Shown here piece by piece: positions 24,912-33,257 of a stretch of DNA of 37,515 bases. The notes beneath the pieces are model-generated. The model was not told where the DNA came from. It was given only the letters and a program-made list of their open reading frames with translations, and ran no database searches. The translations under genes were made by a program, and so were the position numbers. The stretch is from a virus. The DNA lies in IMG/VR virus record IMGVR_UViG_3300025326_000008; one strand, 5' to 3'. Each line of letters begins with the position of its first letter. The first letter of the stretch is position 1.

Positions 24912-25311
24912 GTTTTCGTGTTTCTAAACTTTTTAGGTATTTAACAAATTCCGATAGCTTAATTATTCTTTGGGCTTGTGATTCTATCTTGTCGATACCT
25001 GCAAACTTCTCCAAGTTCTTTAGTTTTTCTTTGGCTTGCTTAATTGTGTCTCCCATTTCCCCGCTTTTAACTAATCCTTTAAGATAGTCTTCAATAACTT
25101 GTACATCCTCAACCATATCTGCCTCATCCCATGTCAACTTAATGTCTAAATAGTCCGCAGTGAAGGGGAGTTTATTTTCTTGCTCATACATAGTGAAAAG
25201 TGGGTCAACCAATGGGGTTGTATTAACCTCAGGCTTGGGGGTTACCTTGTTTTCAGCCACAACGGGTTCAGGTTCCGGTGCTGACCTAAATGTTGTCGAT
25301 GTATCATTCAT
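24895..25311 (-). CDS. Hypothetical acidic/helical protein (138 aa)
   Basis: ORF track. ATG at 25311. Confidence 0.5.
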   Translation of the reverse strand: MNDTSTTFRSAPEPEPVVAENKVTPKPEVNTTPLVDPLFTMYEQENKLPFTADYLDIKLTWDEADMVEDVQVIEDYLKGLVKSGEMGDTIKQAKEKLKNLEKFAGIDKIESQAQRIIKLSEFVKYLKSLETRKHDNVL

Positions 25312-25672
25312 TTTTATACTTACTATGCTTATTTACATAATCGTTGATGTCTAAAACATTTCCTGTTCGTCCTGCTTTCATTTCTCTAACTAAAGACTTT
25401 CTCATAGATCTAATGGCCGAGGTTTCGTTGACTATTTTCTTTAGACTCTCTTTAGCCAACTTTCGATAGTGTTCGGGCGTAAGAGGGTCGTCTATTGTTC
25501 TTTCTAACTCCATCACATCCTCCACCCTGTCCTCCGGCACTCCATACCTGTCTTTGGTTACAATATACCTAATTTCTCTTAATCTTTTCTCTGCAACCAA
25601 CTTTTCCTCCTCTAATTTGTTAGAGTCTTTAAGTATGGCTACTAATTTAGTTACTTCTAGTCCGTAGTTCAC
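25304..25672 (-). CDS. Hypothetical protein (122 aa)
   Basis: ORF track. GTG start with a GTGA overlap. Confidence 0.5.
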   Translation of the reverse strand: MNYGLEVTKLVAILKDSNKLEEEKLVAEKRLREIRYIVTKDRYGVPEDRVEDVMELERTIDDPLTPEHYRKLAKESLKKIVNETSAIRSMRKSLVREMKAGRTGNVLDINDYVNKHSKYKNE

Positions 25673-25806
25673 TTTTTCTTTTTAACCTCCTTCTCAACTG
25701 GCTCTACTAAGGCTTCAAGTTTTTCCCACTCTGCTGACTCCGCTCCGGTCTTCATTTCTATCTTCCTTAGTTCTTCTAATCTTTCAATTTGTACTGCTGT
25801 CATCAT
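25669..25806 (-). CDS. Small hypothetical protein (45 aa from MMTAVQIERLEEL)
   Basis: ATG 25806 preceded by AGAGGTGA with a 5-nt spacing. The longer track ORF (to 25863) lacks such a signal. Confidence 0.5.
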   Translation of the reverse strand: MMTAVQIERLEELRKIEMKTGAESAEWEKLEALVEPVEKEVKKKK

Positions 25807-25832
25807 ATTTATCACCTCTTTCCTGTTTGTTT

Positions 25833-25862
25833 TGAGTGGAAACCAAGAGCAGTTGCCACTCA
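25833..25862 (-). other. 7-bp stem-loop just downstream of the capsid gene (no U-tract)
   Basis: tgagtgg (25833-25839) pairs with ccactca (25856-25862). It could be an mRNA-stabilising or processing hairpin. Confidence 0.35.
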
Positions 25863-25871
25863 TACAAACAC

Positions 25872-26789
25872 TTAAGCCGACCTAAAGCTGTAGCCCCAAG
25901 TCGAGTTAAGAACCTTTGCTACATACGAACCAGCCCATGCAATATCAACCCACCTTCCGGTGACGTTGTTAGAGTCGGGGCCAGAAACGATATATAACTT
26001 TGGTTGATCCCCTTCTAAATCATAAGCACCGAATGAATCGGCACCATGAATGAAGTTGTAGTAGGTCGTAACGGTTGAGGATGAGCCTGTTCCAACTGCC
26101 GACATTTTGTTTGTCGAGAGCAAGAATCTAACTCCATGAACCTCTCCGATCTCACCATTGTACAAATCTTTCGGATCTGTGTACTGTCTGACTCCCAGCC
26201 ATGTAGAGTCGGCCATAAGTCCTGTCTTAGACACCGGTTGCACTTTCCCGATGTAAAATCCATCTGGATAGCGTTGAGCCTTTGCTGATTCAAGATTCTG
26301 TACGACTGTTCTAACGTCTGTTAAGTCCAGTGTGTCTGATGTTTTGATAGATGACGCTTTTTTGCTATTCGCAAAGCCGGCTGTAAAGCCTGCCGATAGA
26401 GCGTTACCCGTGAGTCTGTCGATGGTTTCACCCATGTTTTGACCCAAAACCTCTATATTCTCTGCATTGTTTTTATCAATGCCCACTAAGGTCAAGAATT
26501 TAGAAATCTTCCCACGATTTCCGTACTCAGCGAGAGTACATGAAACTGCGGAACCTTCCATCAAAGACACTGCTGGGTTTGCACCTTCCGAAAGTGCTGT
26601 GGTCGCCAAACTCATTGGAGTCTTTCTGTTAAAGACAATGCTCTTTCCAGAGTTTTTCCCATGAGTAGACTTCTGCGCACCTTCTGACAATACTATGCTT
26701 GCCTTTGCTCTTTTGAGAAAGATCTTCTCATAATACGTCATCACTTCGGTTGATAAATCACCAGTTGTTCTGTTTAATGCTTCTGCCAT
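25872..26789 (-). CDS. Major capsid protein (HK97-fold, N4-gp56-like pattern), 305 aa
   Basis: Lies after the scaffold gene. The N-terminal pattern YYEKIFLKRAKASIVLSEGAQKSTHGKNSGKSIVFNR resembles this capsid family. Size is typical. Confidence 0.7.
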   Translation of the reverse strand: MAEALNRTTGDLSTEVMTYYEKIFLKRAKASIVLSEGAQKSTHGKNSGKSIVFNRKTPMSLATTALSEGANPAVSLMEGSAVSCTLAEYGNRGKISKFLTLVGIDKNNAENIEVLGQNMGETIDRLTGNALSAGFTAGFANSKKASSIKTSDTLDLTDVRTVVQNLESAKAQRYPDGFYIGKVQPVSKTGLMADSTWLGVRQYTDPKDLYNGEIGEVHGVRFLLSTNKMSAVGTGSSSTVTTYYNFIHGADSFGAYDLEGDQPKLYIVSGPDSNNVTGRWVDIAWAGSYVAKVLNSTWGYSFRSA

Positions 26790-26913
26790 TTTGTTTGTAA
26801 TAATCTACGACTCTTTTGAGTTCCTCTAAATTATTACGATATATTCACCTCCTTCTACTAAAACATTCACCCTACACCTGTAAGGTAAAGCCAATCTCTT
26901 AACGGGGTTTCTC

Positions 26914-27678
26914 TTAATGATAGACCTCGCCAAGTTTCTTCTTCATCTCCTCGATGCTAAGCTCAGAAAACGGTTTCTCTTGTTCCTGAACCTGCGTAGG
27001 TCTCATGGCTTGCTGGGATACCTGTTTAGTTATCGTATCCGCTTGACCTTGCGCTTGTTTGTCTACAGCTTTTTTGTAGGGTTTCATCAGACTATCTACA
27101 AACTTCCTTACGGGAGCAGTAGGGTTAGACTGAATACTAGCTAGTGTTGCTTGAGAAACTGACTCGGATAAATCCTTGTCAAAGACCTCAGAATCCGGAT
27201 CTAGTTCGGGGTATGCCTTTATGGCCTCAATGGCCTCGTTTTGCACACGGTGGATATTTTCTTGCTGAGCAAGTCGTATCTGCGTAAGTGCGTCGCTTCT
27301 TCGCAATACCTCCTCTAGAGTCAGTTCATCACCGGAGTCGGGGGTAGGTTGATAGGGTACGGGTTGTTGCGCCGTCATCCTTTTAACCTGTTCCGCCAAC
27401 GACTCGGCTTTGGCCTCAGCTACTTCAGCTTTGGCTTCTGCTGTCTTTTTCTCATCAACTAGTTCCCTAATACGGGAACCGGCTGTTTTTCTACCTTCAA
27501 CTTCGGGTGATACCTCAGGAGTAGCTTCTTCCGTCGATTCGGCTACAACTTCTTCACTCTTTGTTTCCGGTTGTAACTCCTCGGTACTTACCTTGGATTC
27601 TTCTGTAGCGGGCGATTCTACATCGATTTGACTTTCGTCAGCTTTTAACGCCTCATCTATATTTGGTTCTTGTTTCAT
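26914..27678 (-). CDS. Scaffolding-like protein (254 aa from MKQEPNIDE)
   Basis: Highly acidic and helical, E/A/K-rich, between portal and capsid. ATG 27678 is preceded by GGGGTGAG. The track start at 27714 is GTG. Confidence 0.55.
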   Translation of the reverse strand: MKQEPNIDEALKADESQIDVESPATEESKVSTEELQPETKSEEVVAESTEEATPEVSPEVEGRKTAGSRIRELVDEKKTAEAKAEVAEAKAESLAEQVKRMTAQQPVPYQPTPDSGDELTLEEVLRRSDALTQIRLAQQENIHRVQNEAIEAIKAYPELDPDSEVFDKDLSESVSQATLASIQSNPTAPVRKFVDSLMKPYKKAVDKQAQGQADTITKQVSQQAMRPTQVQEQEKPFSELSIEEMKKKLGEVYH

Positions 27679-27793
27679 TATTCTCACCCCATCTCTAGTA
27701 AGAACTCCTTGCACGATATGTCGGCAAGAGCTTACACAAAGCTCATAAAGAGCTTGGTGGTAGGTGTTATATAGACACCCACCGCCAAAACCT

Positions 27794-28045
27794 CTATGTC
27801 ATCCCTAACTCTTTTCGAGTTTTAAGAACAGCTTGTCCGCCTTCTTCACCAACCATGATTTTGTCTTTGCCAATAAAGATTGCGTGTTCGAGATCACACG
27901 AACCGCAAATAAGATAATATCCAGACTGCCTCCATAGATGATTACCTTTAGGCTCAAACGAGTAATCTGGCCTGCTCCAGTCAGCTTCTTCGACAATCGG
28001 TTTAACTTCCCCTTTTTCATTGTTCTTCTGCTCGTCTTGCTGCAT
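27794..28045 (-). CDS. Hypothetical protein (83 aa from MQQDEQ)
   Basis: ORF track. First ATG at 28045 (the track start at 28060 is TTG). Contains CGSCDLEH. Confidence 0.45.
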   Translation of the reverse strand: MQQDEQKNNEKGEVKPIVEEADWSRPDYSFEPKGNHLWRQSGYYLICGSCDLEHAIFIGKDKIMVGEEGGQAVLKTRKELGMT

Positions 28046-28334
28046 CGAATTTAGAGACAAAGTTGTTTAATACAAACTTTGCCAACTCTTTGACCATTGT
28101 CCTTTGTCCGAGTTCTTCCATACTCAACCCTTGAGACATCGCCTCACTCACTAATTGATCTAAATATTCTTCAAGCCTCACTTTGTACGCTTTACCTAGC
28201 TCCCACCCTTTAAAGTGTGTTATATATGCTAGGGCCGATTGATCTCCGGTTAGGCCTTTTTCTTCACCTATCTCTTCGACCTTAGATGTAAACTCTTGAT
28301 AGAAATTTGGTTTTATTGCGCTTTTATCTTCCAT
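28017..28334 (-). CDS. Hypothetical protein (105 aa)
   Basis: ORF track. Overlaps the portal stop by 11 nt. Confidence 0.5.
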   Translation of the reverse strand: MEDKSAIKPNFYQEFTSKVEEIGEEKGLTGDQSALAYITHFKGWELGKAYKVRLEEYLDQLVSEAMSQGLSMEELGQRTMVKELAKFVLNNFVSKFDAARRAEEQ

Positions 28335-30231
28335 TAATCATTCCTCCTTGCATTGGTTGACCTTGTGGCATCCCTTGAGGGGGCACACCCTGTGGTGGCA
28401 GTCCTTGAGGCATGGGTGGTTGTGCTGGCATACCATCCGGGCCTACAGGTGGAGGTTGTGGGGGAACTTGGTTTACACTCTGAGATGTCATGCCTTGAAT
28501 AACCTGCATTAACTTTTCTCTGTCTTCGGCCATCTTTCCTTCTATGTCATCTTCTGTGTCTACAACGATCTTGTCCCAATCTTGAATGCCGGAAGCGCTT
28601 ACGATCCTTGTTAGAGACTCTCCGAACATAAATTGTTTCTTTTCTTTCTTTAACTGAAGTAATAGTGGGCTTTCGGCCTCACCCGTTTGTGGATTGATCT
28701 GAATGCCGTTAGACATCAATCCAAATAGGCTAATAAGAGATTGGTTTTGTTTTTCTTTGTCGGCTGCGAAGGTTGAACCCTCAACAATCTCATAATCGTA
28801 GAGAGTAGAACCGAATTTGCTCTTGGGAATCTCCAACTTACCGCTCTTTTCATCAAACATTCCTTCAATTTCAGGATAGGTCTGCTTTAATTTGTCAATT
28901 TCGTCTCCAAACATCCTTACAGCTACCGATCCGGTCATCTTTTTACTTATCAAGTTCACAAACTTCTTCATTACAGAGGTCATAAACCTTTCTGTATAGA
29001 ATCTATCTACCGTATCTCTGGCGTTTTCTCTTGAGGCTTGCATCTTTAGAGCCTGAGGAGTCTTACCGAAGCCTGGATCACTCTCTCTTGTGTTTGTAGT
29101 ATCGGTTGTACCGAACATATTTAATAAGGAGGCGTTCATGGCTCCGTAAACTTGGTTGAACTCGGCTATTCCTTGAGGAGAGAGGTTAAGAGTTGAAGCT
29201 CCGTTCATGGCTTGGGGGCCTTTCATCAGCCATTTAGCAGCCGCAGCCCATTTAATTGAACTTTGATCGCTTACTGCGTCTTCGTTAATAAGTACCGGAG
29301 GGAAAATGGACACTTTAACTGCATCTAAGTAGAGGTTCCAAAGTGAGTTAATTCCATACTGCATGGGTTTACCTCTTTCAAAGTCACCCATCCCCATGAA
29401 GTCATCTAAGAGAGGGATAGAGTATTTGTTGACTATTGGAAGCTCTCCGTTCTCGTGGGGGTTGTCCTGATCTCTAAACTCCATGTCCGCATCCACACAC
29501 CAGTCAATCCAACGGTCTTTCTCGTATAGTGAAATGACCTTAAACTTGCCGGAGTTTTTAGCCGCTTCTTCTTCGGGATAGTCGTGTTCCTCTCTGGCGC
29601 TCTTCTCGTCTTGATCTCTTTGCCCTCTACTACCGGCTTTGTCCTTGAGTGCCTTAATGATCTTATCAATATTCTTGTATCCTTTAGCCTTAGATAGTCC
29701 TTCAAAATAACTGAGTGGTTGCCAGCTTTTAACACCTATCTTGTCGCTATCCTCAACCGACACTCTTCCTACCTGAGGGAGGATGTTTCTCATCGAAATC
29801 AACCACATATCCGGCCCTGTGTATCCGTCGGGTCTTTTAGCTTGCCAATCTACCAATGCAAAAAAGTTTCCGTATATATTTGAGTAGAGGTTCATCATCC
29901 TGGCTTTAGTAAGGAAGTCGAATTGAGCGTTAGCGTTAGGAAGGACATATTTATCTAATATAAGGTTCATTAAAGCCTCACCACCCAAATCATTCTTACT
30001 AATGCCTTTAATTTTACCTGTAGGGAGTTGAGCCATGACTCTTGCGCTTCTATCTAGTGCTATTGTGGGGAGTTTGGGGTCAAACATCTGACTCTTGGTC
30101 TTGCCTGATATGTCATCCGACAAATACCCATGAAGAATGTTCTCGTATTCAGTCCATAGTGGCCTTTTAACACGGAGATAGTCCTCAGCCTTTTGCTCGA
30201 AATCTAATATGTCGTTTCTTAATTTTGACAT
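28324..30231 (-). CDS. Portal protein (635 aa) with a P/Q-rich C-terminal tail
   Basis: Size and position (after the terminase genes, before scaffold and capsid). The C-terminus reads PPQPPPVGPDGMPAQPPMPQGLPPQGVPPQGMPQGQPMQGG. Confidence 0.65.
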   Translation of the reverse strand: MSKLRNDILDFEQKAEDYLRVKRPLWTEYENILHGYLSDDISGKTKSQMFDPKLPTIALDRSARVMAQLPTGKIKGISKNDLGGEALMNLILDKYVLPNANAQFDFLTKARMMNLYSNIYGNFFALVDWQAKRPDGYTGPDMWLISMRNILPQVGRVSVEDSDKIGVKSWQPLSYFEGLSKAKGYKNIDKIIKALKDKAGSRGQRDQDEKSAREEHDYPEEEAAKNSGKFKVISLYEKDRWIDWCVDADMEFRDQDNPHENGELPIVNKYSIPLLDDFMGMGDFERGKPMQYGINSLWNLYLDAVKVSIFPPVLINEDAVSDQSSIKWAAAAKWLMKGPQAMNGASTLNLSPQGIAEFNQVYGAMNASLLNMFGTTDTTNTRESDPGFGKTPQALKMQASRENARDTVDRFYTERFMTSVMKKFVNLISKKMTGSVAVRMFGDEIDKLKQTYPEIEGMFDEKSGKLEIPKSKFGSTLYDYEIVEGSTFAADKEKQNQSLISLFGLMSNGIQINPQTGEAESPLLLQLKKEKKQFMFGESLTRIVSASGIQDWDKIVVDTEDDIEGKMAEDREKLMQVIQGMTSQSVNQVPPQPPPVGPDGMPAQPPMPQGLPPQGVPPQGMPQGQPMQGGMINGR

Positions 30232-30257
30232 GAAAAAAGGCCCCCTTTTCGGGAGCC
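30232..30257 (-). terminator. Intrinsic terminator of cassette B, abutting the portal ATG
   Basis: Minus strand: ggctccc-gaaaa-gggggcc (one G-U valid only on the minus strand), U6, one C, then ATG 30231. Confidence 0.65.
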
Positions 30258-30289
30258 CACGATACGTATGTCGTAAGACTAACTAAATA

Positions 30290-30318
30290 AAAATATCATT
30301 TGTTAGCACTTCTGTCAA
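30290..30318 (-). promoter_or_regulatory. Promoter of cassette B (extended -10)
   Basis: Minus strand: TTGACA (30318..30313), 17-nt spacer ending aaaTGA, TATTTT (30295..30290). Confidence 0.5.
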
Positions 30319-30482
30319 ATAACTGCTATTTTTTGTCCACAGAGTACCTTTTTCTCTTACTTAATACCAAATTAAGGGTCTTAGTTACCGGAAGACCTTT
30401 ACTTATCAATATATTTCCACTAATCGTACCGTATTCAAGATCCTGAACTTGTTTGTCTATCGCACCGAATAATTTAACTATT

Positions 30483-30677
30483 TCATCTCCTTTCATGGGT
30501 TATTATGGTTAGTTCTTGATACATGAATGATTCCAGTTGAACGTAATCCACTATATGCTTTCCATCTACTCTAATAACAAATGAATATAGTCCATCTTTC
30601 TTGTCCAGCATATCTCTAGCCATGTCGAGATAGACTTGTGTGTTGTGAGAACTTATTTCTTGTTTTACAGCCTCCAT
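30483..30677 (-). CDS. Hypothetical protein (64 aa)
   Basis: ORF track. 13-nt overlap with the upstream gene. Confidence 0.5.
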   Translation of the reverse strand: MEAVKQEISSHNTQVYLDMARDMLDKKDGLYSFVIRVDGKHIVDYVQLESFMYQELTIITHERR

Positions 30678-31309
30678 GTTTTGTCTAAATACTCCTTTTT
30701 GAACTTCTCCATGTCTGTAAAAAAGTTTGGTCTCTTGTCTCCGCCTTTTGAGTCGTGAACCATGACTATCGGCACTGTGAGTAGCTTGTAGCCCTTCTTA
30801 ATGAATTCTAACGATATGATGTGGTCGTAGAAGTCCCAGGTGGCGTAATCTTTGTCCGGTATCCCCACATCCTCTAATATCTTCTTTGTGGTTATCAAAC
30901 ACACTCCGTCTAAACTAACTACCTCACTAAATGGCCCGAATACACTTAATTCATTCCCCTTCTCTCCTTTGTGGAAGATCTGTCCTGATAATATGTGTCC
31001 TAAATATCTCTCTTGAGAAAACCACCAAGGTTGGTCTTTGTGTAGAACTGTCGTGCCGGCAGTCCCTATCATTCCCACTTTACCTTTTAAGTATTTAGCG
31101 GGGTCGGGAAATCCTATGAATTGAGTATCCTGGTGAGTAAAACATATATATTCTCCTTTAGCTTTAGCCACTCCTTTACGCCAAGCATCGAAGAATGAAG
31201 TGGCACCATATATCGGAATTAACTCAAACGGCATTCCTAGAGCCTCTAGTGAAGCCTTTAGTCTCTCAACTTGTTTTTTATCGGTTGTAGGGGTAATGAA
31301 TGAAATCAT
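30665..31309 (-). CDS. GT-A type glycosyltransferase-like protein (214 aa)
   Basis: ISFITPT..., then GEYICFTHQDTQF (DxD-equivalent region as in 'glycosyltransferase like family 2' proteins). ATGA overlap with the terL stop. Confidence 0.55.
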   Translation of the reverse strand: MISFITPTTDKKQVERLKASLEALGMPFELIPIYGATSFFDAWRKGVAKAKGEYICFTHQDTQFIGFPDPAKYLKGKVGMIGTAGTTVLHKDQPWWFSQERYLGHILSGQIFHKGEKGNELSVFGPFSEVVSLDGVCLITTKKILEDVGIPDKDYATWDFYDHIISLEFIKKGYKLLTVPIVMVHDSKGGDKRPNFFTDMEKFKKEYLDKTWRL

Positions 31310-32565
31310 ATTGTGGCTAATGGTATAGACTCGTCTTGTAAGTGAACTTCGTCATCGTAAGGCTTTAGACTCTCCATGGCATATCTGCCAGCATCAAGTA
31401 AATTATTATACATATCTATTGGGGTGTTAATTGTTTCTCCGGTCTTCTTGTCGATCCTCCAAGCATAATTCTCTTGCTCTTCTTTAAGGTGGATGCTTCT
31501 TTTAGTATAATAAACTGTCTGTGCTTGAACATATTGTATGCCCTGATTAACTGATCCTGGCCCCTTTTGAGACGGCACAAGACTTACACCATAACTAATT
31601 AGTTCATCATTACTCTTAGGTTCTGCACTGTCTGGAACTAACAAAACGTCTTCTCTCATTTTAATAACGTCTGATATGTCTTTGTTACTCATACCTTTAC
31701 GGTAACAAACTTCGTCCCAAATAAAGGAATTGTTCCAACTGTAAACATCCACTATTCCTGTGGGGTCATTTGAATAACCATAATCAAGCCCCCTGCGTCT
31801 AAGCCTGGCTTCGGGGGGTACATCATCTATTTCGATGAAATTATAAATCCTTCCAAGTACCGTTTCAGGAACGTAGCCTTTAATCATGTTGTAGTAATGT
31901 TCCGGCTTGGTCTCTTTGTACGCTTCGTATTGGGCAATAGATGCAGGAGCCATGTTAACTTCATTAGAATGATAGTCCGAGACAATGGCCATTGAGTCTG
32001 TTGCTGTTGACTTTAACTTGGGTATAAAAAACCCTTTCTGTTCACTCTTTTCCAAATCAAACCACCTTTTAATAATCCAGTGGTTCTTAGCCGGAGGATT
32101 AAGTAAAAGAATTATTGTAATATTCCCCTTAACAGTACGAAGTGAATCATCCAACTGCATGAAGTCTTCTTCCGGTATCTCATCAGCTTCTTCAATTATC
32201 ACACAGTTGTAACTAGCTAACGACTTTAACTTGCTCTTTTGGTCACCTGAAGACTTCCTAAACCCTACGGCGTTAATACTATTCTCTCCATAAGTCAAAG
32301 ACATTGTGCTTTCGTTTATCTTGACTTTATTGGTTAGTCCCGCCTCGTCTATTCTGTCAGTTATCTCTCTATAAATTGAATTACGGATGTCGCCTAGAAT
32401 ATAACGCATTGTGGCTGCTCTGAAGTATTCCGGGGCTATTAGTTTGGCTACTGCATATTGTGAAGCGACTGTTGAACGACCGGCACCACGACCCCCTAAA
32501 AGGATAAAATACCTAGGATGTTCTATGAATAAGGGTCTAAAAACTTCATTTACTTTCTGAATCAT
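31306..32565 (-). CDS. terL: Terminase large subunit (419 aa)
   Basis: P-loop LLGGRGAGRST, Walker B-like CVIIEEADE and a C-terminal nuclease-like half. Lies adjacent to the small subunit gene. Confidence 0.9.
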   Translation of the reverse strand: MIQKVNEVFRPLFIEHPRYFILLGGRGAGRSTVASQYAVAKLIAPEYFRAATMRYILGDIRNSIYREITDRIDEAGLTNKVKINESTMSLTYGENSINAVGFRKSSGDQKSKLKSLASYNCVIIEEADEIPEEDFMQLDDSLRTVKGNITIILLLNPPAKNHWIIKRWFDLEKSEQKGFFIPKLKSTATDSMAIVSDYHSNEVNMAPASIAQYEAYKETKPEHYYNMIKGYVPETVLGRIYNFIEIDDVPPEARLRRRGLDYGYSNDPTGIVDVYSWNNSFIWDEVCYRKGMSNKDISDVIKMREDVLLVPDSAEPKSNDELISYGVSLVPSQKGPGSVNQGIQYVQAQTVYYTKRSIHLKEEQENYAWRIDKKTGETINTPIDMYNNLLDAGRYAMESLKPYDDEVHLQDESIPLATI

Positions 32566-33007
32566 TTTTAAAGTCTGAAAAAACTATCGTATTCGTTTCT
32601 ATCTTTTCGCCTAGTGAAGTAATATCTGTTTCGTTCTTATCTTTCCAATCAAAGTTATTCTTTGCATTAAATATAAGTCCAGGTGTGAAAGTGTGCTTTT
32701 CGTTCATTCTACTCTCAACATCTTCTTCAACTCTGTTTCTGGCTTCTTTTATAGTGAGCAGAAATTCGTCCTTATTTGCATAGTCAACCAGTGTTCTTCT
32801 ACTCATTCCCAATCGTCTTGCAAGTCCACTCATTGTATAAGGTGCCGGAGAACTTATCATTATCTCTGTCTTCTTTGTATCATCCCAGATCTTAACGGCA
32901 CGGTCTTCACACCATTGAAAATACTCGTCTATTATTATTTGCATATCTTCTGGTGTTTTATAAAAAGGAGGTCTACCTACTGGGTTTTTTGAAATCTTAT
33001 CGGGCAT
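32546..33007 (-). CDS. terS: Terminase small subunit (153 aa)
   Basis: GRPPFYKTPEDMQIIIDEYFQWC ... SGLARRLGMSRRTLVDYANK ... GLIFNAKNNFDWKDK matches the Terminase_2-like small-subunit pattern. Confidence 0.8.
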   Translation of the reverse strand: MPDKISKNPVGRPPFYKTPEDMQIIIDEYFQWCEDRAVKIWDDTKKTEIMISSPAPYTMSGLARRLGMSRRTLVDYANKDEFLLTIKEARNRVEEDVESRMNEKHTFTPGLIFNAKNNFDWKDKNETDITSLGEKIETNTIVFSDFKNDSESK

Positions 33008-33015
33008 ACCCTAAT

Positions 33016-33042
33016 ATTATACTACATTTACTTTTGATACAA
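33016..33042 (-). promoter_or_regulatory. Possible promoter with -10 box 8 nt upstream of the terS ATG
   Basis: Minus strand: TTGTAT (33042..33037), 15-nt spacer (short), TATAAT (33021..33016), then attagggt and ATG 33007. Confidence 0.35.
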
Positions 33043-33086
33043 AATTATAGTTGCCGTTACTCCTAAAAAGAAACCTAATAAAAACA

Positions 33087-33236
33087 TCATTTCTTTCCTG
33101 TTTGCTCCCCTAAGATTCCAGCCCCCAGTTCTTTAATTATTTTCCATAACCTTGCGTGCTTTGCCCTATAACCCTTTTGATATCCACGCTTAAAGGCTAG
33201 TTTTTGTGTTGCTTCTATGTCTAAAAATATATTCAT
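33087..33236 (-). CDS. Possible small protein (49 aa, MNIFLDIEATQKLAFKRGYQKGYRAKH...)
   Basis: Hand translation. Below the ORF-track cutoff. Fills a gap in the minus-strand gene train. Confidence 0.35.
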   Translation of the reverse strand: MNIFLDIEATQKLAFKRGYQKGYRAKHARLWKIIKELGAGILGEQTGKK

Positions 33237-33257
33237 ATCCTAATCAATTATTGGGTG

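Noticed and set aside
3649-29735. Same-strand alternative-frame ORFs nested in larger genes: 3649..3843, 5168..5380, 7873..8073, 19714..19899, 26015..26293, 27805..28020, 29433..29735.
   Set aside because: They lie entirely within well-supported genes (M23 peptidase, 333-aa protein, tail protein, formyltransferase, capsid, portal). They have R/S/C-rich off-frame composition and no independent start signals.
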